Shown here: positions 37,580 to 48,444 of the stretch, piece by piece
Layout of the letters: each line of letters begins with the position of its first letter
How positions within the stretch are numbered: the first letter of the stretch is position 1
DNA from: Eledone cirrhosa
Taxonomy: Eukaryota
Length of the DNA stretch: 64,000 nucleotides
Direction: 5' to 3'
NCBI GenBank assembly: GCA_964016885.1
Contig: OZ024764.1
Coordinates: forward strand, 5,084,001 to 5,148,000
Position numbers and translations under genes: made by a program
The notes under the pieces: generated by a model
What the model was told of the DNA's origin: nothing
What the model saw: the letters and a program-made list of their open reading frames with translations, nothing else
The model's database searches: none

Positions 37580-38524
37580 CGTATAGGACTATCTGGCATG
37601 TTTTCTATGGCTGGATGCCCTTCCTAACACCAACCACGTTTACAGTGTGGGGACTGGGAGGTTTTTACCATGTTAACTACACGGCCAATTTACAGCGTGG
37701 ACTGTGTGTTTTATTGTCATGACACCTACACAACCTCATTTATTTAGGACTGGATGTTGTGTGACCAACATAATTTTACAGAGATGGGGGTGGGAGTAGT
37801 GGGGTGGGGGCGTATATTTGGTTAAGAGGTGCCTACTGACTGTAGGTTTCGCTTTGTACTTAGGCAAGGGTGGTCTTCTGTATTACTGCGTAGCGCCAAA
37901 GATCTTGGTTCAGTGACATTGTCTTGGAGAGGTGTAAGTGTGTGAGATCGGAATTTATCAATTCGTCCCAGGGTTTTCTGGGTCTGCCTACTCCGTGGCT
38001 ACCATCTATTTTGATCGCCCTGCACTTTTTTATACAGCTGTCGTCTTTCATGCGCATCACGTGACCATACCAACGTAGTCTTCTCTCGAGTACACAACAT
38101 CTGATCCCTCTTATTCCTAATTTCTCACTTAGTTCATTTATGCTTTGCCGTTCACGTATATTACTATTACACATCCAGCGGAGCATGCAAACTTCATTCC
38201 TCTCCAGTCTGCGTATATCCTCTGCACACAATGCCCAAGTCTCACTGCCATGTAACATTGTTGTTCGTATGCAGGCATCATACAGCCTGCCTTTCATTTT
38301 TAGAGAGAACCCTTTAGCGGCCAATCGTACAATGAAAAGAGCGTCTGTGATACTTTTACCTGACACAAACCCAAACTGCATTTCATCTAGATCAATTCTC
38401 TCTCTGATTAGTTGCGCTATTACTTTTTCTGTGACCCTCATGAACTGGTCAATTAATTTAATGCCTCTATAGTTTCCCCTATCTAGGGCATCTCCTTTAC
38501 CCTTGTAGCAGTTAATGATGATGA
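37580..38524 (-). mobile_element. RTE LINE fragment with in-frame internal deletion (copy 59411-60355)
   Basis: ORF 37860-38573 joins ...DALFIVR directly to LAAKGFSL..., a deleted version of 13868-15712. Confidence 0.88.
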
Positions 38525-38651
38525 TATATATATAAAAGAAATAGGATTTCGCTTCAAGCATATCTTTATACAATATGTATAAATATTTTGTATCTCCAAA
38601 GAAATACGGTTTTAGGAAGCCTTAGCTCTGCAAACCCTGGGGGGCTAACGT

Positions 38652-38816
38652 CCTCTGGTGATGTCCAGCAGAAGCAAGGGGGACAACCGTCTATGCATTT
38701 CAGGCTTAACTGGCCATCGTCAGGACAGTCCCTCCCACTGCTTGCGACTGCTGGCCAGTTAAGCATGAAATGCATAGACGGTTGTCCCCCTTGCTTCTGC
38801 TGGACATCACCAGAGG
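38652..38816. repeat. 165-bp inverted repeat (65-bp arms, 35-nt loop) upstream of class B exons
   Basis: CCTCTGGTGATGTCCAGCAGAAG...AACTGGCCA / TGGCCAGTT...CTTCTGCTGGACATCACCAGAGG with one mismatch; copies at 15857, 41432, 44171, 60483, 63261. Confidence 0.92.
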
Positions 38817-38934
38817 CCTTGAAACCTTAAGTCCCTTTTGTTCTGTGTATGAACAGAAATAAATAATGTAATATATATATGTATGTATGTGTGTGTATCT
38901 ATTTATATATTTAACTATATTTTTCTCATTACAG

Positions 38935-38964
38935 GAACACCACTAATTTCTTCGAAAAATGTAT
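38935..38964 (+). CDS. 30-nt symmetric micro-exon, class B (NTTNFFEKC)
   Basis: tttaac...tttttctcattacAG | GAACACCACTAATTTCTTCGAAAAATGTAT | GTAAGT; a competing GTATGT donor lies 4 nt upstream. Confidence 0.6.
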
Positions 38965-39550
38965 GTAAGTGTTACCTTAACATACTGTCTAACCATTGTT
39001 TAATCTGCTCCTCCCTCTACCTCTCCCTTTATACACACACACACATATATACCCCTATATATATATGTATACACACACACACACAAATATATACACATAT
39101 ATACATATATATATACACACATATATATATAATCACATATATATATACATATATACAAGCGAGACACGGCCTGCTGACCAATCTCGCCTTAAGTGGGACA
39201 AAACCGTCCAACCCATGCTAGCATGGAAGATGGACTTTAAATGATGATGATATATACACACTGACACATATATATATACATATATATATACACATATATA
39301 TACGCATATATTTATATATATATATGAGTTCAAGTCCGCCGAGGTTAACTTTGCCTTTCATCTTTACGAGGTCGATAAAATAAAGTACCAGTGGTGTACT
39401 GGGGTAATCGCTGGCCTTGTGCCAAAAGTAGAAACTATAATTATATATATATAACCAAAGATTAATATAGTTCGTTGATTGCTCAACGAATACAGTTGTA
39501 CAATAGATTAGAAGAACTCAACAGTGAAAGTTTTCCTGGACTTTTTAATA

Positions 39551-39815
39551 TTAACAAATGAAAAATATTCTCATAATCAAAATATATACTTTATTATATA
39601 CATTTCAAAGGTATATGACATACCTCTACGGTCTTGATTCTTCAATTCCAGTATTGCAGTCACTGCCAATACTGGAATTGAAGAATCAAGACCGTAGCGC
39701 TATGTCATAATCATATATTTTGTCTGATGAGGACGTACTGAAAAAACAACAATATATATAATATAGTATATATTTTGATTATGCGAATATTTTTCATTTG
39801 TTAACATTTTGAATA

Positions 39816-39820
<5 letters not shown>
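39551..39820. repeat. nested fold-back element downstream of class B exons
   Basis: Inner arms TATGACATA..CTACGGTCTTGATTCTTCAATTCCAGTATTG / CAATACTGGAATTGAAGAATCAAGACCGTAG..TATGTCATA; outer arms TTAACAAATGAAAAATATTC.. / ..GAATATTTTTCATTTGTTAA. Copies at 42331 and 61382; half copies at 16941 and 45064. Confidence 0.85.
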
Positions 39821-39885
<65 letters not shown>

Positions 39886-39951
39886 AGGTAAAATTAATAA
39901 TGAAAGAGTTGCAAGCCTTTAAAACATATCTTTATAAAGCTCTTACATATG

Positions 39952-40027
<76 letters not shown>

Positions 40028-41712
40028 TCATTATCATTTTATGTCCGCTTTTCCCTGCTTGCAAGGGTTGGGCTCTCACCACCACTGGCCATGTTTTTCG
40101 TGGTCTTCCTTTTACTGGGATTTTTTAGCACCTCTTTACCCAGCAGTCATCCTCGATGCGCATCACTTGTCCATACCATCTCAGTCTTCTCTCCTGCACA
40201 CCACAACTCATCCCCAGTTTCTCTCTCAACTCATCTATGGTCTTGTCGTTCACGCACATTGACACACACACACACACACACATATATATATTAATTCTAT
40301 TGACTGATTAATAGCTCTTGTTAATTTTAAAACCATTCTGTTGAGAGCTTAATTCGTTCTGTGATATTTTGCAATTTTGCAATAACACACATACTGAATT
40401 CATCCGCCAAAACTAAGGGCTGTCCCCCCCCCCCCCCTGTGAAGCCCCACGTGGGTTTTGATAACGGTCAGTCCTTGGCTTGGCACTGAACTAAAAGCCT
40501 GTTGAGAAAGTGACTTCCTTGTTCGATCATCATACCAAAAGCTTAACATTATTTGTCTAAGTAGACAGTACTTGATTTAGGAGTTGCAGAAACCCAATAC
40601 TGGATATTACCAACCTTCCAGGGGTCCGGGTATAATTTTCCATCATATTTTATTTGTTTTACTCGAATTACTTGGTCGTGTCTATGGCTGTGCGGATAAT
40701 TGTTTAACCATCGTCTCAGTGTGTTTGGCCTTTTAACTTATGTTGTTGCTCTAGTTCACTAGCTTCTATGGAGCGCCTGCCACACATCTCGGAAGTTGTT
40801 TTTCGTTAATTTCCAATAGCAGAAATGCAATTCTCGCTAATTTATATATATATATATATATATATACACGTATAAGGGATAACAAAATATCGTTATAGGT
40901 AATCCAGGTAGAAGTTGTGAATACTCTGTATTGTGGTTAGTCTTAGTCTACGGCGTTGTTTGACTCAACAAGAGGTTTCCGTAGGTGGCAAGTATTTGAG
41001 TTCTCTTGAATTTCTATGTAAGTTTATCTTGGAGTAATAATATTGAAAGCGTGAAGAATAACATGGTCAACAGTACAAAAGAAGGTTTTTATTTACAGTA
41101 TTAACAATTGTTTCACTGATTAAGTTGTCTAAAAATCGCTGAAAACTTAAAGCTGTGCCACTCAATCTACTATATATATTGGAAGTGGTCGGACGTTGTA
41201 TATTTAAGTAAATAAGTAGGTGTAGTCGGATAAACGTCGAAACGGCTTGGTAGAATGCAGCGAAAATTTACACAGTTATGCAGAATTGTAGCAGTTAATG
41301 ATGATATATATGTAAAAGAAATAGGATTTCGCTTCAAGCATATCTTTATACAATATGTATAAATATTTTATATCTCCAAAGAAATACGGTTTTAGGAAGC
41401 CTTAGCTCTGCAAACCCTGGGGGGCTAACGTCCTCTGGTGATGTCCAGCAGAAGCAAGGGGGACAACCGTCTATGCATTTCAGGCTTAACTGACCATCGT
41501 CTGGACAGTCCCTCCCACTGCTTGCGACTGCTGGCCAGTTAAGCATGAAATGCATAGACGGTTGTCCCCCTTGCTTCTGCTGGACATCACCAGAGGCCTT
41601 GAAACCCTAAGTCCCTTTTGTTCTGTGTATGAACAGAAATAAATAATGTAATATATATATATGTATGTGTGTGTATCTATTTATATATTTAACTATATTT
41701 TTCTCATTACAG

Positions 41713-41742
41713 GAACACCACTAATTTCTCCAAAACAGTTAC
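41713..41742 (+). CDS. 30-nt symmetric micro-exon, class B (NTTNFSKTV)
   Basis: cattacAG | GAACACCACTAATTTCTCCAAAACAGTTAC | GTAAGT. Confidence 0.65.
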
Positions 41743-42595
41743 GTAAGTGTTACCTTAACATACTGTCTAACCATTGTTTAATCTGCTCCTCCCTCTACCT
41801 CTCCCTTTATACACACACACACATATATACCCCTATATATATATGTATACACACACACACACAAATATATACACATATATACATATATATATACACACAT
41901 ATATATATAATCACATATATATATACATATATACAAGCGAGACACGGCCTGCTGACCAATCTCGCCTTAAGTGGGACAAAACCGTCCAACCCATGCTAGC
42001 ATGGAAGATGGACTTTAAATGATGATGATATATACACACTGACACATATATATATACATATATATATATACACATATATATACGCATATATTTATATATA
42101 TATATGAGTTCAAGTCCGCCGAGGTTAACTTTGCCTTTCATCTTTACGAGGTCGATAAAATAAAGTACCAGTGGTGTACTGGGGTAATCGCTGGCCTTGT
42201 GCCAAAAGTAGAAACTATAATTATATATATATAACCAAAGATTAATATAGTTCGTTGATTACTCAACGAATACAGTTGTACAATAGATTAGAAGAACTCA
42301 ACAGTGAAAGTTTTCCTGGACTTTTTAATATTAACAAATGAAAAATATTCTCATAATCAAAATATATACTTTATTATATACATTTCAAAGGTATATGACA
42401 TACCTCTACGGTCTTGATTCTTCAATTCCAGTATTGCAGTCACTGCCAATACTGGAATTGAAGAATCAAGACCGTAGCGCTATGTCATAATCATATATTT
42501 TGTCTGATGAGGACGTACTGAAAAAACAACAATATATATAATATAGTATATATTTTGATTATGCGAATATTTTTCATTTGTTAACATTTTGAATA

Positions 42596-42641
<46 letters not shown>

Positions 42642-42707
42642 AGGTAAAATGAATAATGAAAGAGTTGCAAGCCTTTAAAACATATCTTTATAAAGCTCTT
42701 ACATATG

Positions 42708-42763
<56 letters not shown>

Positions 42764-44451
42764 TCATTATCATTTTATGTCCGCTTCTCCCTGCTTGCAA
42801 GGGTTGGGCTCTCACCACCACTGGCCATGTTTTTCGTGGTCTTCCTTTTACTGGGATTTTTTAGCACCTCTTTACCCAGCAGTCATCCTCGATGCGCATC
42901 ACTTGTCCATACCATCTCAGTCTTCTCTCCTGCACACCACAACTCATCCCCAGTTTCTCTCTCAACTCATCTATGGTCTTGTCGTTCACGCACATTGACA
43001 CACACACACACACACATATATATATATTAATTCTATTGACTGATTAATAGCTCTTGTTAATTTTAAAACCATTCTGTTGAGAGCTTAATTCGTTCTGTGA
43101 TATTTTGCAATTTTGCAATAACACACATACTGAATTCATCCGCCAAAACTAAGGGCTGCCCCCCCCCCCCCCCCTGTGAAGCCCCACGTGGGTTTTGATA
43201 ACGGTCAGTCCTTGGCTTGGCACTGAACTAAAAGCCTGTTGAGAAAGTGACTTCCTTGTTCGATCATCATACCAAAAGCTTAACATTATTTGTCTAAGTA
43301 GACAGTACTTGATTTAGGAGTTGCAGAAACCCAATACTGGATATTACCAACCTTCCAGGGGTCCGGGTATAATTTTCCATCATATTTTATTTGTTTGACC
43401 CGAATTACTTGGTCGTGTCTATGGCTGTGTGGATAATTGTTTAACCATCGTCTCAGTGTGTTTGGCCTTTTAACTTATGTTGTTGCTCTAGTTCACTAGC
43501 TTCTATGGAGCGCTTGCCACACATCTCGGAAGTTGTTTTTCGTTAATTTCCAATAGCAGAAATGCAATTCTCGCTAATTTATATATATATATATATATAT
43601 ATATACACGTATAAGGGATAACAAAATATCGTTATAGGTAATCCAGGTAGAAGTTGTGAATACTCTGTATTGTGGTTAGTCTTAGTCTACGGCGTTGATT
43701 GACTCAACAAGAGGTTTCCATAGGTGGCAAGTATTTGAGTTCTCTTGAATTTCTATGCAAGTTTATCTTGGAGTAATAATATTGAAAGCGTGAAGAATAA
43801 CATGGTCAACAGTACAAAAGAAGGTTTTTATTTACAGTATTAACAATTGTTTCACTGATTAAGTTGTCTAAAAATCGCTGAAAACTTAAAGCTGTGCCAC
43901 TCAATCTACTATATATATTGGAAGTGGTCGGACGTTGTATATTTAAGTAAATAAGTAGGTGTAGTCGGATAAACGTCGAAACGGCTTGGTAGAATGCAGC
44001 GAAAATTTACACAGTTATGCAGAATTGTAGCAGTTAATGATGATATATATGTAAAAGAAATAGGATTTCGCTTCAAGCATATCTTTATACAATATGTATA
44101 AATATTTTGTATCTCCAAAGAAATACGGTTTTAGGAAGCCTTAGCTCTGCAAACCCTGGGGGGCAAACGTCCTCTGGTGATGTCCAGCAGAAGCAAGGGG
44201 GACAACCGTCTATGCATTTCAGGCTTAACTGGCCATCGTCTGGACAGTCCCTCCCACTGCTTGCGACTGCTGGCCAGTTAAGCGTGAAATGCATAGACGG
44301 TTGTCCCCCTTGCTTCTGCTGGACATCACCAGAGGCCTTGAAACCCTAAGTCCCTTTTGCTCTGTGTATGAACAGAAATAAATAATGTAATATATATATA
44401 TGTATGTGTGTGTATCTATTTATATATTTAACTATTTTTTTCTCATTACAG

Positions 44452-44487
44452 CACCAATCACACACTTTCCAAGTACGAGAATATTAT
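44452..44487 (+). CDS. 36-nt symmetric micro-exon, class B (TNHTLSKYENI)
   Basis: cattacAG | CACCAATCACACACTTTCCAAGTACGAGAATATTAT | GTAAGT; same flanks as the 30-nt copies, 6 nt longer. Confidence 0.65.
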
Positions 44488-46127
44488 GTAAGTGTTACCT
44501 TAACAAACTGTCTAACCATTGTTTAATCTGCTCCTTCCTCTACCTCTCCCTTTAATACACACACACACATATATACCCCTATATATATATGTATACACAC
44601 ACACACACAAATATATACACATATATACATATATATATACACACATATATATACATATATACAAGCGAGACACGGCCTGCTGACTAATCTCGCCTTAAGT
44701 GGGACAAAACCGTCCAACCCATGCTAGCATGGAAGATGGACTTTAAATGATGATGATATATATACACTGACACATATATATACATATATACAAATATATA
44801 TACGCATATATCTATATATATATATATGAGTTCAAGTCCGCCGAGGTTAACTTTGCCTTTCATCTTTACGAGGTCGATAAAATAAAGTACCAGTGGTGCA
44901 CTGGGGTAATCGCTGGCCTTGTGCCAAAAGTAGAAACTATATTTATATATATATAACTAAAGATTAATATGGTTCGTTGATTACTCAACGAATACAGTTT
45001 TACAATAGATTAGAAGCACCCAACAGTGAAATTTTCCTGGAGTTTTTAATATTATTCAAAATATTAACAAATGAAAAATATTCTCATAATCAAAATATAT
45101 ACTTTATTATATATATTTCAAAGGTATATGACATACCTCTACGGTCTTGATTATTCAATTCCACTATTGGCAGTGACTATATATTTATAGGCAAAATGAA
45201 TAATGAAAGAGTTGCAAGCCGTTAAAACATATCTTTATAAAGCTCTTACATATGTTATATATATATATATCATCATCATCAGCAGCGAGACCTGGGCACT
45301 GTGTGTAGAAGATCTGTAAAGATTGGAAAGAAATGAGCCTCCATGCTTCAATGGATGTGCCATAGTAATATATGCAAATGGCAAAACATAAATGTACTGT
45401 GAGAGGATTTAGGCATAAGAGGGATTAGATGCAGTGTGCAGGAGTGGGATTGTTTTGGTATAGACATGTGATGTGTATGAAGGGTGACAGCTGTATAAAA
45501 AGGTGCCAAACGCACAAAGTTGACAGAGGCCGTGGAGTGGGCAGGTCTAGGAAGACTTGGGATGAGGTAAGGAAAGCTGATTTTGCACAATTACACCTAG
45601 CTAAGGCAATGACACAGGATGGTGACCTCTGGCGCTATGCACAATTATAGAGGACTACATCCACAATCCACCAGACATTTTCCCTACCAACACCCCACAC
45701 AAGTTCCCAAACCTCACCATAAAGTGGTCCCGCTGCAGCCATGACAAATATGTCCAGTCCACACTGTACAGTGGTATTGTAGGTGTCCTGCCAAAAATCA
45801 ATATTGGGCCTTAAAACCTTGAGTCCCTTTTGTTCTGTGTATGAACATAAATAATTGTTTCTACTTTTGGCACAAGGCCAGCAATTATCCAGTGCATTAC
45901 TGGTACTTTAATTTATCGACCCCGTAAGGATGAAAGGCAAAGTTAACCTTGGCGGAATTTGAACTCAGATCATACAGGGAGGTAACTTTGCTTCAAAGCA
46001 TGGCGTCCGACCCTCTACCGATACTGCCAATCCACCGCCTGAACATAAATAAATAATGTAATATATATATATATGTATGTGTGTGTGTATCTATTTATAT
46101 ATTTAACTATATTTTTTGTAATCACAG

Positions 46128-46169
46128 GTCTGATTCACTGCCGAGGTCCACTATAGGAAACAGTGACGA
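46128..46169 (+). CDS. 42-nt symmetric micro-exon, class A (SDSLPRSTIGNSD)
   Basis: aatcacAG | GTCTGATTCACTGCCGAGGTCCACTATAGGAAACAGTGACGA | GTAAGT; phases 0 and 1 contain stops. Confidence 0.65.
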
Positions 46170-47016
46170 GTAAGTTTTAGTTTTACACACTATCTAACCA
46201 TTATTCTATCTGTTCCTTCCCGTCTCTCTCTCTCTTTATATATACTAAGGTGTATTATTGGTTGTGTAAAACGGTCCAATAAATTTTTGTTAGCAATATT
46301 AAGTTCTCCACGCTTTTGTATATCTCCAATTCCATTCAAGGGAACAGCTAGATGATGTAACAAAATCCGAAGGCAAGGTAAAATTTCCAATCATTTTAAT
46401 CATGTCGTGATTAAAATGATTGGAAATCTTACCTTCCCTTCGGATTTTCATTTTGATATATATATATATATATATATAAATATGACTCTGTCTCTTATAA
46501 ACCACGTTGGCTATTATGACACTCTCTCCAACATAGAGAGCTATGTTGGCTAATATGACTCTCTCTGTATGTTGACTATAATGACTCTCTCTCTATGTTG
46601 GCTATTATGACTCTCTCTCTCTCTATGTTGGCTATTATGACTCTCTCTCTCTCTCTATGTTGGCTATAATGACTCTCTCTCTCTCTATTATGTCTCTCTC
46701 TGTTCAAGCTTTATGAAGTTAGATGAACATCTTCAAAGTCCTCCCATATTCGCCTTGTCTAATATGCGTTCTTGTACCTGATTATTTCCCCCAAATCTCC
46801 TGGGATGTTATAAACCATGATGGCTACCTATCTCACAATTTCTCTCCTGCCCACCCCCTCACACCACCATAGTCTATTCGACCAATCAAACCTCAGAAAC
46901 ATGTCCCCACCCATTACCAACCCCAACAAACTCTGCCATTACTACTACTTCTACTTTTCTTCTAGCCCTTACCAGCCCCAACAAACCCTGACATTATTAC
47001 TACTATTGTCCTTCTA

Positions 47017-48444
47017 GCCATGGGCTGAGGATAAATGGGGCTACCCCAAATTAATAAATGAATATGAATCCGCGAGTTACCAAGCACCCATGCAAAGCTT
47101 TAATTCAGAGACAGGAAGCATACACACCCCACTGCAAAAATTCACCCTTTCCCACGAATGGTGGCAAATGCCCAAAACTCCGAGTTGGAACCATCAATGT
47201 AAGCACAATGAAAGGAAGAGCAGGAGAAATTGTAGAGATGCTAGAGCGAAAGAAAATTGATGTATGCTGTGTGCAAGAGACTAGATGGAGAGCAGGGTCC
47301 GCTGGAGTCCTTGCAGGCAGAAGTCAGTGCTACCAATTTGTCTGGGTAGCAAATGACAACAGGATGGGAGGTGTAGCTATCCTATTAGCTGACAAATGGG
47401 TAGATAAGGTAATCTCAGTAAACAGGGTGAATGCAAGAATAATGAAACTTGGACTAGTCCTGAATAAAACAATTGCCACAATAATATCAGCTTACGCACC
47501 CCAATTGGGGTTGCCAGCTGACTATAGCGGGGAATTTAGTTTAGAGGTCGGTGTCCACCAGGGCTCTGTTCTTAGCCCACTCCTGTTCGTTGAAGTATTG
47601 CAAGCAATAACGGAGGTGATTATGACCGGTGCCCATGGGAACTCCTATATGCGGATCATCTCACACTTATAGCCGAATCTATGGTGGAACTATACTTGCT
47701 CAGTATGTAGAAAAGGAGTAGGCTGGCTGCAAAAGGCTTTCCCCTCAAAATGAAAAGCAGACTGTATGATGTGGGTATACGAATAGCAATGTTACATAGT
47801 AGTGAAACCTGGGCGCCGTCTGTGGAAGACTTGCATAGATTAGAAAGAAATGAAGCCTGCATGCTCCGATGGATGTGTAATAGTAATATACGCGAACGGC
47901 AAAGCATAAATGAATTGAGAGAGTGACTGAGCATAAGAGGAATGAAATGCTGTGTGCAGGAGAGGAGGTTGCATTGGACATGTGATGCGTATGAAGGATG
48001 ACAGCTGTATAAAAAGGTGTAGAGCAGTAGAAGTCGATGGAAGCCGTAGAGTGGGGAGACCCAAGAAGAGCTGGGATGAGGTGATAAAAGCCGACCTTAC
48101 CCAGTTGCACCTCTCAAAGGCGATGACACAGGACCGTCACCTCTGGCATCAAGCAGTAATACAGAAGACCTGACTCCCCAGGGCTACAAGCGGAAGCTGA
48201 AGCGTATGCTCCCACCCTCTCCGACTGTACAGTGGACGTATAGGCGCCACAGACAAAAAGCACCCAGGACTCACTGTAAATGAGGTTGGTGTTAGGAAGG
48301 GCATCCAGCTGTAGGAATCAAGCCAGAATCAGTTCCTGTATGAGCAAGACAAGGTCAGCTGAACAGACACTGCCCACAACAGGACAACCCGTCTAACCCA
48401 TGCTAGCGTGGAAGAATGGACGTAAAACAGTGATGAAGATGATA
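47017..48444 (+). mobile_element. internally deleted RTE LINE, copy 5
   Basis: ORF 47058-47672. Confidence 0.9.

Larger units (their letters stand above)
20680..45645. repeat. higher-order tandem unit 2 (~25 kb, includes the 2.7 kb hammerhead array and a triplicated ~2.75 kb cassette)
   Basis: ORF offsets 32770->54601 and 38566->60397 are both 21831; internal repeats at 38566/41346/44085. Confidence 0.9.

Noticed and set aside
38883-39333. YI/HT-rich ORFs (also 569-793, 41661-42141, 60714-61164)
   Set aside because: Products of (TA)n/(CA)n microsatellites; they cross the micro-exons only by chance.
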